This document shows positions 1-9,083 of a DNA stretch of 64,000 nt, piece by piece (the first letter of the stretch is position 1; the number at the start of each line of letters is the position of its first letter). This DNA comes from Nitrospiria bacterium (GTDB lineage: Bacteria; Nitrospirota; UBA9217): NCBI GenBank assembly GCA_919902495.1, contig CAKKRC010000018.1, forward strand, positions 580 through 64,579, given 5' to 3'. Under the pieces are notes generated by a model. It did not search any database, was not told the origin of the DNA, and saw only the letters and a program-made list of their open reading frames with translations. The translations under genes were made by a program, and so were the position numbers.

Positions 1-688
1 TTTTGCCCGGTGCAACGGTGCGGCAGAAGGCATCATATTCCATGCCGGCGATCTCTGAGGGGTCGAGGCATTCTCTCACCACCGCCAGAGTTTCCGAAGG
101 GCCGTAGTGTTGGTCCAGTTCCGGGAAATACTGCGCGATGATGTGATTGCGAATGCATACACTCATGCCGTGTTCCCGCCTCTTCAAGCGCCGTTTGAGA
201 GCGATAAGGATGCGCACGTTCCGCAGCGTCATCAGCGGGTATTCGTAAAACAGGCACTTCCCCTGGGCTATGAGATCGGCGACATTTGCCGCGTCCTTGA
301 CGTCATGCTTGTCCCAGCGGCCGTCCAGGAGCTGCCGGTTGTTCTTGACCGCGACGCCTCCCACGAGAACGACCAGATGCCCGCACTTGACCAGATGCTC
401 CGCCAGGGGCTTGTGGTAGTTTGCCGTCGGCTCGATGCCGAAAACGACCGCCGTCAGGCTGTATTGAACTTTGATACGCTCGACATAAGCGAGCAGCTTT
501 TGAAAGCCTTCAAGCGTGTTGTCAAAGATCAGATTCTTAACCAGCGTTTTGCCGCGGGCTGTGCCAAAAAAGGCATTATGCTTTTCTTTGGCCGCGTCAA
601 TCCCGACTATCAAGTGTTTTTCAGAGCCGCGAATCCCTTTCTTCAGTTGAAGAAACTGCTCAAGTCTGATATCATTTACACAGTTCAT
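1..688 (-). mobile_element. IS110-family recombinase/transposase, N-terminal part (runs off the window start)
   Basis: Manual minus-strand translation from ATG at 688 (SD AGGAGG upstream): MNCVNDIRLEQFLQLKKGIRGSEKHLIVGIDAAKEKHNAFFG...VFGIEPTANYHKPL...RWDKHDVKDAANVADL. This shows the D-E-D-D RuvC-like motifs of IS110. The frame is open to position 1. The ORF track's 107..724 (+) is its antisense shadow. Confidence 0.9.
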
Positions 689-830
689 AGGGACCTCCTG
701 TTCATGAATTTAGTTCCGTCATAAACTAATTCTTAGCAGGAGGTTTCTATTTTGGATAGTCTTGAAGATACTTTTCCCTATACTTTAATGGGGAAATATA
801 ACTTCATGCTCTACCTATATATAACGTAGT
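687..830. other. Structured non-coding end of the IS110 element (candidate ncRNA/regulatory hairpins)
   Basis: Long imperfect hairpin 687-750 (atagggacctcctg...caggaggtttctat, inner gaatttagtt/aactaattc) covers the transposase SD. A second hairpin lies at 773-796 (tttcccta/tggggaaa). The stretch is AT-rich. Confidence 0.5.
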
Positions 831-1219
831 TGCACCCGTTGCGTAGCGGGATTTTGAGTAATATTTGGACGTTCGTTCTCAGAATGCATTGCAGCGGGAT
901 GGATCAAAGGCCAGTTTCTTTGCACGCGACATCGAATTGATTCTGTGAGATGTGAAAAGGCGGCATTCAGATTGCGGATTGCAGATTTCACCCCGCACTC
1001 GCGCTATACACGCCCTGCATTCGCGTAAACACTCATAAGAGCTGTGTGCAGGCTCGTAAACGCCGGGCGCAGGCGGATTACGGAATGAAATGCGCAGTAA
1101 GAAAGGTTGGCATGTCGGATAAGTGCCGCCCACTTGGCGAGGATAAGTCAGGATTTTGTTTTAGCGGGTAAGTGTGCTATCATTTTTTTAGATATGGGCG
1201 TGTTGTGGAGGTTATGAAC

Positions 1220-1426
1220 ATGGGACTCAAGGAAACGGTAAAAAAAGATATTGATGAGTTGCGGGCCGACGAACTTGTGGTCCTCTCGGAGCAGATTCGG
1301 CTCCTGAAGCGGGCAAAGGCCCCACAGGGGAAGGCGTTGCCGGTGGAGGAGATACGGAAGATGACAGCCTCGTCGCAGTCAACCTGGTCGGAGGATGTTA
1401 TCAGCGAGCGGCAGGAGCGCGGCTGA
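1220..1426 (+). CDS. Small hypothetical protein, antitoxin-like
   Basis: GGAGG SD at 1207-1211, 68 aa. The C-terminus WSEDVISERQERG resembles the tails of antitoxins that precede PIN toxins. No toxin gene follows. Confidence 0.5.
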   Translation: MGLKETVKKDIDELRADELVVLSEQIRLLKRAKAPQGKALPVEEIRKMTASSQSTWSEDVISERQERG

Positions 1427-1653
1427 TGCAGAGGAACCCGTTAAGGGTCAGACCTGATATGCCGCTATGTTGACATTCTCCTGAGACAGTTGCAGCGGTT
1501 TCATGATCGGTCGGGTTTGACCGGTTGCTCGTCCCGCCTTCCTTACACCTCTCCCGTACCCTACGTGTCAATACAAGAATTTCCCCGAATGAGCACATCC
1601 TCACCGTCCCTCTTGTTGCATAGCCCCTCCCTCCATGTTATAGTTCTCCCGGA

Positions 1654-4600
1654 ATGAAACAACTTCAGGAAATACTCCGCCCGCTTCTCGACAAGCTCCG
1701 AGCAGGCGAAAAGACCATCGAGATCGCCGAGCTTTGGGGCGGGTCGAAGGCCCTTTTTCTCTTCGAGCTGTTCCGGTGCAGCAAACGTCCGCTCCTGATC
1801 GTGACCGCAAACGACGAAGAGGCCGGCACCCTTGCCGAGGACCTTCGGTTCTTTGCCGGTATCCTTTCCGGTTCCGTTGAAGCAGCGGCGAAGCCGGAGG
1901 TCCTGACCTTCCCTGCCTGGGGAGTCCTTCCTTTCGAGGCGGATTCGCCGGACAGCGGCACCGTCGGCGAGCGGATGCGTTTTCTCTATCACCTCACCAC
2001 TCATAGCCGGGGCATCTATATCGCCTCCGTGAATTCCCTGATGCAGAAGCTCCCGCCCTGGGAGCTCTTTGCCGATGCGGTCAAGACGATCGCAACGGGC
2101 CAGCAGATGGACCCCGACGTCCTGAGCAACGCCCTTGCCGCGTGCGGTTATGAGCATGCCTCCCTGGTCACGCGCGTCGGCGAGTTCAGCAGGCGCGGCG
2201 GGATCGTCGATTTTTTCTCTCCCGCCCAGGAGCATCCCGTCCGCATGGAGTCCTTCGGAGACACGATCGAATCCCTGCGGTTGTTCGACCCTGAGACGCA
2301 GCGTTCACTCAATGAGATCGCGCAGGCGGTTGCGCTGCCGGTCCGGGAGCTGATCGTAGATCCAGTGCGGAGTGAAGTAGGGGCGGCCCTATGTGGCCGC
2401 CCTTCATCTGGGCAACCACACAGGGTTGCCCGTACAGGAGTGCGGAAAGAACAGCAGTTCTGCGAAGAAGTTCGTACGCAGATCGGCGAAGGATCGCTTC
2501 CCCCCGGCGCCGAATTTCTTGCGCCGTTCTTCTACGATATGGAAGACCTGTTCCGATATCTTCCCGACCAGACCCTGTGCGCGCTGGTCGAACCTGACGA
2601 TTTAAAAAAGCAGTCTGAGGCATTTTCCGGCAGGATAGAACAGGGCAGAAGCGAGGAATCCGCGGAAGGCAGGACCCTGCCGGAGACAGCATCGTTCTAT
2701 CTGGACCATGACGGCATCATGGCAGGTCTGTCGAAGTTTCCCACAATGAGCCTTGGACTGCTTGGCGCAGATCCGGCGGGCCGTCGCATGGACACGAAGT
2801 CATCTTCATGGCTCGGCGTCCGGCTCCGGCCTTCCCATGCCCTCGGCCATGGAGATGCGACTCCCGAGAACGCCGAGGGTACCGCGAGCGGACTCGCGGA
2901 AAAGCTGAAGGGTCTCCGGCTGACGAACCGGGTGCTGCTCGTCTGCGGCACCGACGAAGCAGCCGAACGGATGCAGCGCCTGTTCGGCGAGTACGGCGTG
3001 CCCCTCGGCCGCAAGGCAACGATCGACCTCGATGATGATGAGCCCCTTCCCGTCGTGGTCATGACCGGCAGGCTGTCCGCGGGATTCGCGTGGCGGGACC
3101 TTTCGCTCGTCGTGATCACCGACGAGGAGATCTTCGGCAGCAAGGTCCACCGTCCGCGGGCCGCGAGATCAAAGGCCGGCCCGTTCCTGTCCACCTTCAA
3201 GGAACTGAAGCCCGGCGACTTCGTGGTCCATGCGGATTACGGCGTCGGCGAGTACCAGGGCCTTTCCCACATCGCCGTTGACGGGTTCGAGACGGATTTC
3301 CTGACGCTCCGGTACGCGCCGGACGCGAAACTGCACGTCCCGCTCTCCGCCCTCGACAAGGTCCAGAAGTACATCGGCGCGGAAGGGGTGCAGCCCAAGG
3401 TCGACCGGCTCGGCGCGCCGACCTGGGCCCGGACCAAGGAGCGGGTGAAGAAGGACATCCTCCAGATGGCCCAGGAGCTGGTGAAGATCTACGCCGCCCG
3501 CGAGGCCATGCACCGCCCGCCGCTCGGCCCGCCGGACAACCTCTACCGGGAGTTCGAGTCGGCCTTTTCCTATGAGGAGACGCCGGACCAGGAGGCTGCG
3601 ATCGAGGATGTGCTCGGCGACATGCAGAAGGAACGGCCCATGGACCGGCTGATCTGCGGCGACGTGGGTTTCGGCAAAACGGAAGTTGCGCTCCGGGCCG
3701 CCTTCAAGGCCGTCGAGGACGGGTTCCAGGCCGCGGTGATCGTGCCGACGACGCTGCTCGCGGACCAGCACTTCCGCACCTTTTCCGAGCGGGTCGGCCC
3801 GTTCTCCATCCGCGTGGATATGATGTCGCGGTTCCGCACGAAGGCGGAGCAGAAGGAAACGCTCAAGGGAATGAAGAGCGGGACCGTCGACATCGTGATC
3901 GGCACCCACCGGCTGCTCCAGAAGGACATAGCCTTCCGGAACCTCGGTCTCCTGGTGATCGACGAGGAGCACCGCTTCGGGGTGAAGCACAAGGAGCGCA
4001 TCAAGGAGTTCAAGAAGCTCGTGGACGTGCTGACGCTCACGGCAACGCCCATCCCGCGGACGCTCCACATGTCCCTCGCGGGGATCCGCGATCTCTCGAT
4101 CATCCAGACGCCGCCCCTGGACCGGCAGGCGATCCAGGTGATCCTGGCGCGGTTCGGCAAGCGCGTGATCCGTGAAGCGGTCGTGAAGGAGATCGGGCGA
4201 GGCGGGCAGGTCTTCTTCGTCCAGAACCGCGTTGCCGGCATCGAGCGCATGGCGGCCACGATCCAGAACCTCGTGCCCGAGGCCAGGATCGGTGTGGCCC
4301 ACGGCCAGATGAAAGAGGGCGAGATCGAGGAGGTGATGGCGAAGTTCGTGGCAGGCAGCCTGAACGTGCTGGTCACGACCACGATCATCGAATCCGGCAT
4401 CGACATTCCCAACGCCAACACCATCATCATCAATCGCGCCGACCGCTTCGGCCTGGCCGAACTGTACCAGATCAAGGGCAGGGTCGGCCGGAGCCGCCAG
4501 AAGGCCTATGCCTATCTCCTGACGCCGGCGGAAGAGGCGCTGTCGGACGTGGCGCGGACCCGGCTGCGCGCCATCCAGGAGCTGTCGGAGCTCGGCGCGG

Positions 4601-5193
4601 GATTCCGCATCGCCGCGCAGGACCTGGAGACGCGTGGCGCCGGCAATCTTCTGGGCAAACAGCAGTCGGGACACATTGCGGCCGTGGGCATCGATCTGTA
4701 TACCCAGATGATGGAAGAGGCCATGGCCGAGCTCAAGGGAGAGGAATCCACAAGCGAGTTGGACACGCAGATCAACCTGCGGGCGTCGGCATTCATCCCC
4801 GAAGCCTATATCGGGGACACGAGCCTCCGCCTCGCAGCGTACAAGGAGATCTCGAGTGCCGGCGACGAGACGGAGCTTTCCCTGATCGCCGCAGACCTCC
4901 GGGACCGGTACGGCCCCCTGCCGGAGCCCGCGGAGAACCTCCTGACGATCATGGGCGTGAAGATCATCGCGCAGGCGGCCCGGGTCAGCCGCATCGACGG
5001 CGGGGCCCGGACGGTCACCCTCACCTTCAGCGAGGACGCCCCCGTCTCCCCGGACAGGATCATGGCCCTGCTGAAGCGGAACCAGGGCAGGATCAAGCTC
5101 GTCCAGGAGTTCACCCTTCAGCTCGCGGTCGCCGATGAAACGCTGCAAACAGCGGCGGCAGCGGTGAGAAAATGCTTGCAGGAGCTCGGGTAG
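1654..5193 (+). CDS. mfd: Transcription-repair coupling factor Mfd
   Basis: UvrB-like N-terminus (GEFSRRGGIVDFF), CarD/RID domain (VVHADYGVGEY), DRLICGDVGFGKTEVA, DEEHRFG, TATPIPRTL, C-terminal TRCF domain. Confidence 0.97.
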   Translation: MKQLQEILRPLLDKLRAGEKTIEIAELWGGSKALFLFELFRCSKRPLLIVTANDEEAGTLAEDLRFFAGILSGSVEAAAKPEVLTFPAWGVLPFEADSPDSGTVGERMRFLYHLTTHSRGIYIASVNSLMQKLPPWELFADAVKTIATGQQMDPDVLSNALAACGYEHASLVTRVGEFSRRGGIVDFFSPAQEHPVRMESFGDTIESLRLFDPETQRSLNEIAQAVALPVRELIVDPVRSEVGAALCGRPSSGQPHRVARTGVRKEQQFCEEVRTQIGEGSLPPGAEFLAPFFYDMEDLFRYLPDQTLCALVEPDDLKKQSEAFSGRIEQGRSEESAEGRTLPETASFYLDHDGIMAGLSKFPTMSLGLLGADPAGRRMDTKSSSWLGVRLRPSHALGHGDATPENAEGTASGLAEKLKGLRLTNRVLLVCGTDEAAERMQRLFGEYGVPLGRKATIDLDDDEPLPVVVMTGRLSAGFAWRDLSLVVITDEEIFGSKVHRPRAARSKAGPFLSTFKELKPGDFVVHADYGVGEYQGLSHIAVDGFETDFLTLRYAPDAKLHVPLSALDKVQKYIGAEGVQPKVDRLGAPTWARTKERVKKDILQMAQELVKIYAAREAMHRPPLGPPDNLYREFESAFSYEETPDQEAAIEDVLGDMQKERPMDRLICGDVGFGKTEVALRAAFKAVEDGFQAAVIVPTTLLADQHFRTFSERVGPFSIRVDMMSRFRTKAEQKETLKGMKSGTVDIVIGTHRLLQKDIAFRNLGLLVIDEEHRFGVKHKERIKEFKKLVDVLTLTATPIPRTLHMSLAGIRDLSIIQTPPLDRQAIQVILARFGKRVIREAVVKEIGRGGQVFFVQNRVAGIERMAATIQNLVPEARIGVAHGQMKEGEIEEVMAKFVAGSLNVLVTTTIIESGIDIPNANTIIINRADRFGLAELYQIKGRVGRSRQKAYAYLLTPAEEALSDVARTRLRAIQELSELGAGFRIAAQDLETRGAGNLLGKQQSGHIAAVGIDLYTQMMEEAMAELKGEESTSELDTQINLRASAFIPEAYIGDTSLRLAAYKEISSAGDETELSLIAADLRDRYGPLPEPAENLLTIMGVKIIAQAARVSRIDGGARTVTLTFSEDAPVSPDRIMALLKRNQGRIKLVQEFTLQLAVADETLQTAAAAVRKCLQELG
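2377..2435. repeat. REP/REPIN-like double palindrome inside the mfd coding sequence
   Basis: GTAG-GGGCGGCC-CTATGT-GGCCGCCC-ttcatct-GGGCAACC-ACACAG-GGTTGCCC-GTAC: two GC hairpins with GTAG/CTAC-type feet. Confidence 0.75.
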
Positions 5194-5250
5194 TATGTTA
5201 TATAATTACGGTATTTTCAGCGCCCACGAGGGCCCATGGAGGGATCACTG

Positions 5251-5952
5251 ATGAACAGGAACATGCTGGTCTATGCGTCACTGGCGATCGTCGTCGCCTT
5301 GACGGGATGCACCAAGAACACCGACACAGCGGTCGTGGCCAAGGTGAACAGCGCCAAGATCACCGCCGCCGATTTCAAAAAGCAGCTTGATGATCTGCAG
5401 CCCCCGATGCAGCAGGCCGTGTCCGCCGATCCCAAGGCAAGGAAGGAGTTCCTTGAGGACCTGATCGGCATCGAGCTGGTGCTCCAGGAAGCGCGGCGGC
5501 TGAAGCTGGACAAGGACCCCGCGTTCATGAAGAAACAGGAAGAGCTCGAGAAGGAGATGAAGCAGCGGATCCAGGAGGCGGCAAAGAACGACCTGTTCAA
5601 CGCGCTGCTCAAGAAAGAGCTCATGGACAAGATCAAGCAGCCGACCGACGAGGACGTCAAGGCATACTACACAAAGCACCGCGAAGAGATCCGGAAGGCC
5701 GCGGGCGGCAAGGACCTGTCATTCAAGCAGGCGGAGGCCCAGGGGCTGAAGCGGTATGTGTTCCAGGTAAATCAGCGCGAGGCCTATCTCGAATATTCCA
5801 AGGCGCTGAAGGCGAAAGCCAAGATCTCGGTCGATGACAAGGCGCTGGATGCCGTCGTCAGCAGCCTCTCCCAGCCATCGACCACGGGCACGCTGCAGCT
5901 CACCCAGCCTGCGGGGAAAGAAGCGACGAAGGGCGCAGAGACCAAGAAATAA
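5251..5952 (+). CDS. SurA/PrsA N-terminal-domain lipoprotein chaperone
   Basis: Lipobox LTGC, VVAKVNSAKIT, LEDLIGIELVLQEARRLKLDKDP. No recognisable parvulin domain. Confidence 0.8.
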   Translation: MNRNMLVYASLAIVVALTGCTKNTDTAVVAKVNSAKITAADFKKQLDDLQPPMQQAVSADPKARKEFLEDLIGIELVLQEARRLKLDKDPAFMKKQEELEKEMKQRIQEAAKNDLFNALLKKELMDKIKQPTDEDVKAYYTKHREEIRKAAGGKDLSFKQAEAQGLKRYVFQVNQREAYLEYSKALKAKAKISVDDKALDAVVSSLSQPSTTGTLQLTQPAGKEATKGAETKK

Positions 5953-5970
5953 TACGCTAAGAAGAACAGA

Positions 5971-6930
5971 ATGCCCAACAACCGAATCACACATGGTATG
6001 GCCCCGGTGCTCCTGCTGGGGCTTTTGTTTGTCAACTGCACCAGGAGGGAAGAGCCAAAGCAGTCGACACCCTCGCCGGCCGCCGCCCCGGCGATCAAGA
6101 TCCTTGCCACGGTGAACGGCGACCCCATCACCCTGGCCGATCTCCAGGACCGCTTCGCCCGCGCGGGGCTCAAGCCCGAGAAAGAGGCGGAGTTCCAGGT
6201 GAAGGAGGAGTTCCTGAACCGCCTCATCGAGCGGAAGATGATGCTGCGTGAGGCCCAGCGCAGGCGGATCAAGGTCGGCCTGCCGGAGATCAACCAGCGC
6301 ATCGAGGCCATGCGCACCGAGCCGGGCAAGGACGTGAAAGAGACGCTGGGCGGAATGGGGATCGACTATGAGAAGTGGAAGTCCGATATCTGGGAAGACA
6401 TGATGATCGAGAAGCTCCTCGCGCGCGACGTGATCCGGAACGCGCACGTGTCGGCTGCGGAGGTGCGGCGGTACTACAACGAGAATCCCCAGGAGTTCGA
6501 ACGGCCCGAGCAGGTCCGCGTCAGGCAGATCGTCACGGCCACCGAGGACGAGGCCCGGGTGGTCCTTGATCAGCTCCAGAACGAGAAGGCCGATTTCGCC
6601 ACCCTTGCCCGTCAGAAATCAACGGCGCCCGAGGCCGAGGAAGGCGGGAGCCTGGGCTACTTCGCCATGGGAGAGATGCCGGGCGAGTTCAACGTGGTCT
6701 TCGGTCTGCCGAAGGGCGGCATCAGCGGCGTCGTGAAGAGCCCGTATGGATATCATATCTTCAAGCTGGAGGAAAAGCGGCGCGCCGGGAGGGCGGGGCT
6801 CGAGGAGGTCTCCCGGACAATCGCCGAAAAGCTCTCGCGCCAGAAGCAGGATGTCCGCTACAAGCAATGGCTGGGCGAGCTCCGGGGAAGGACCAAGTTC
6901 GTCGTCAATTACCAGGGGCTCCGGCAGTAA
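5971..6930 (+). CDS. PrsA/PpiC-type peptidylprolyl isomerase
   Basis: SurA-N helices plus parvulin motifs VRVRQI, FATLARQKS, GGSLGYF, VKSPYGYHIFKL. Confidence 0.9.
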   Translation: MPNNRITHGMAPVLLLGLLFVNCTRREEPKQSTPSPAAAPAIKILATVNGDPITLADLQDRFARAGLKPEKEAEFQVKEEFLNRLIERKMMLREAQRRRIKVGLPEINQRIEAMRTEPGKDVKETLGGMGIDYEKWKSDIWEDMMIEKLLARDVIRNAHVSAAEVRRYYNENPQEFERPEQVRVRQIVTATEDEARVVLDQLQNEKADFATLARQKSTAPEAEEGGSLGYFAMGEMPGEFNVVFGLPKGGISGVVKSPYGYHIFKLEEKRRAGRAGLEEVSRTIAEKLSRQKQDVRYKQWLGELRGRTKFVVNYQGLRQ

Positions 6931-7969
6931 GGTCGATGAACCCGCGGCCGTTCCGGATGGTCAGCATCGTCTTGAATTTTGCCGACGCGGCATTGATCTC
7001 ATCAAGCACGCTTTCCGCCTTTGTTCCCGCCAGGACCTTCGGCTGGTACGCCACCCGGTAGTTGTTCACGTCCAGGGGCACTGCCTCGATCCGCACAAGG
7101 GCCTTTCCTTTGAAGGTGCAAAGGAGTATCATGCTCGAGTTCGTTTTATCGCTTTCCGAGCCGAAGACGAAGTTCCCGAGGCTGTAGGCGATCAGCCGGC
7201 CCCGGTAGAGCTCCAGCTCCTGCAGGATATGGGGATGGTGGCCGAGGACGAGATCGGCGCCCCAATCGATGGAACGCCGGCCGAGCTCCCGCTGGTAGTC
7301 CTTGGCGGTGGTCATGAGCTCCGCGCCCCAGTGGAACGAGACCACCACGAGGTCGGCCCGGGGCCGCACCTTCTCGATGTCCCGTTTGACGAACTCCCGG
7401 TATCCGGGGGCGGTGCCGGGCCTTCCTGCCGCGGCGTAGAACTCGATCGGGAAGGTGAGGGAGTAGGACAGGAACGCCAGGGTCAGGTCGCCGACCTTGA
7501 GGAATGCCGGCGCCCGCGCGTCATCGAGATCCATGCCGGCGCCAGCGTAGAGGATATTGTTCTCGCCCAGGGCCTTCAGGGTGTCCTGGAGCGCCAGGGG
7601 CCCGAAGTCCATCGTATGGTTGTTGGCGAGGGACACGACACGGACCCCGGCCGCCTTCAGCGCTTCGACGGCCGCGGGGGCGGCGCGAAGCGTGAACTTC
7701 TTGTTCTCCACCGCGGTACCCCGCGAGGAGATCGGGCTTTCCAGGTTCCCGATGACGAGATGGGCCTGCTGCAGGACGGGCAATACGCCCGCAAAAGGAT
7801 ATCCGGGTCCTTCCCGGGCGAGATAGGGTTCGGCCCGGTGGCCCAGCATGATGTCGCCGACCGCGGCGATGGTGATCTCGTCAGGCGCCGGCAGCCGTTC
7901 CGACGCGGCAACCGCCGCGGCGAGCAGGACGAACACAAGGACCGGGAAAAAGGATCTTCGGAGCGCCAT
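6905..7969 (-). CDS. CapA-family metallophosphatase (poly-gamma-glutamate capsule protein family)
   Basis: AVGDIML, GNLESPI, LANNHTMDFG, SFHWGAE, GHHPH, YSLGNFVF. Signal peptide from ATG 7969. Confidence 0.9.
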   Translation of the reverse strand: MALRRSFFPVLVFVLLAAAVAASERLPAPDEITIAAVGDIMLGHRAEPYLAREGPGYPFAGVLPVLQQAHLVIGNLESPISSRGTAVENKKFTLRAAPAAVEALKAAGVRVVSLANNHTMDFGPLALQDTLKALGENNILYAGAGMDLDDARAPAFLKVGDLTLAFLSYSLTFPIEFYAAAGRPGTAPGYREFVKRDIEKVRPRADLVVVSFHWGAELMTTAKDYQRELGRRSIDWGADLVLGHHPHILQELELYRGRLIAYSLGNFVFGSESDKTNSSMILLCTFKGKALVRIEAVPLDVNNYRVAYQPKVLAGTKAESVLDEINAASAKFKTMLTIRNGRGFIDLTAGAPGN

Positions 7970-8022
7970 GACCGTATAGTAATCAGCGCACGGTGAAAAG
8001 GCAACAGAAAAGGACAAAGGAC

Positions 8023-8964
8023 ATGATCAGGACGAGAACAGCGGCTTTATTTCTTTTTGCAGCGTGCGCGTTCTGCGCGATCACCGGCAGTTCCGATGCC
8101 GCGACCGGGCCGGTCGTGGTGGACCGGGTCGTCGCCGTGGTGAACGACGATATCATCACCATGAGCGACCTGCAGCGGGAGCTGAAGAAACGCACGGAGA
8201 TCATCGATCAACGGTTGATGCTCGAGAGCATGATCGACCGGAAGCTCCAGATGATAGCCGCGAAGCGGAGCGGCATCGAGGTTACGGACCGGGAGCTCAC
8301 CGAGGGGATCGACGACATCATGAAACGGAATAATTTGGCCGCGGCGCAGTTCGAGCTGGCCCTGGCGAAGGACGGTCTGACGCTCGAGCAGTACCGTGCC
8401 GAGTTGAAGGAGCAGATGATGCTCTCGCGCCTTTTCAATAAATATGTCCGGACCGGGCTTTCCGTGAACGACGCAGAGGCCCGGGCATACTACGACCTGA
8501 ACGCCAAACAATACTCCCTTCCTGAAGAGGTCAAGGTCCGCCACCTCGTGGCGGCAGTGCCGGAAAAGGCATCTTCCGCCCAGGTCAAGGCCGCCCAGGA
8601 GAAGGCCGCCGCCCTCATGGAGCGCATCCGAAAAGGGGAGGATTTCATCCGCCTTATCCGGGAGCATTCCGGCAGTCCAACGGCCAAGCAGGACGGCGAC
8701 CTCGGCTTCCTGCAGCGCGGCCACGCCATACCGGAGCTGGAGGAAGCGGCAAAGAGCCTCAAGCCCGGCGAGTTCGCCGGCCCGGTCAGGTGCGACGACG
8801 GTTTCCATATCATTCGCGTGGAGGACATCCGCACGCCGGTCCAGCCCTTCGAAAAAGTGAAGGAAGACATCACCCGGATGCTCTTCGAGCAGAAGATGGA
8901 GAACACCTATCGGGCGTTTCTCCAGTCCCTTCGGACCGAATCGCACATCGAGAATCGGCTGTAG
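8023..8964 (+). CDS. surA: SurA-like chaperone / peptidylprolyl isomerase
   Basis: VDRVVAVVNDDIITMSDL; parvulin motifs VKVRHL, DGDLGFL, GFHIIRV. Confidence 0.85.
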   Translation: MIRTRTAALFLFAACAFCAITGSSDAATGPVVVDRVVAVVNDDIITMSDLQRELKKRTEIIDQRLMLESMIDRKLQMIAAKRSGIEVTDRELTEGIDDIMKRNNLAAAQFELALAKDGLTLEQYRAELKEQMMLSRLFNKYVRTGLSVNDAEARAYYDLNAKQYSLPEEVKVRHLVAAVPEKASSAQVKAAQEKAAALMERIRKGEDFIRLIREHSGSPTAKQDGDLGFLQRGHAIPELEEAAKSLKPGEFAGPVRCDDGFHIIRVEDIRTPVQPFEKVKEDITRMLFEQKMENTYRAFLQSLRTESHIENRL

Positions 8965-9073
8965 GACAGACAACAGAGCACAGACGGACAGACAGCAGAC
9001 TGGAGCAAATACGACTTATACAAAATACTGCCAGGTCCGTCTGTTGTCTGAACGTCTGTAGTCTGACGTCTGC
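8965..9073. repeat. Inverted heptamer-repeat hairpin (CAGA-type arms)
   Basis: Left arm gacagacaacagagcacagacggacagacagcagac; right arm gtccgtctgttgtctgaacgtctgtagtctgacgtctgc. Confidence 0.7.
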
Positions 9074-9083
9074 TTCCCTTCCC

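Noticed and set aside
107-724. 205-aa + strand ORF
   Set aside because: Antisense shadow of the IS110 recombinase on the minus strand.
830-1170. Possible attC site or ncRNA next to the IS110 end
   Set aside because: Only weak palindromes; I could not define R/L boxes or a convincing fold.
2840-2880. Second hairpin in mfd as another inserted element
   Set aside because: A short GC-rich stem without REP feet; compatible with chance.
3169-5148. Long antisense ORFs (also 14583-15929, 17358-18728, 26315-27745, 32812-34821, 59593-61359)
   Set aside because: They mirror well-supported genes, as expected from high-GC codon bias, and show no recognisable motifs.
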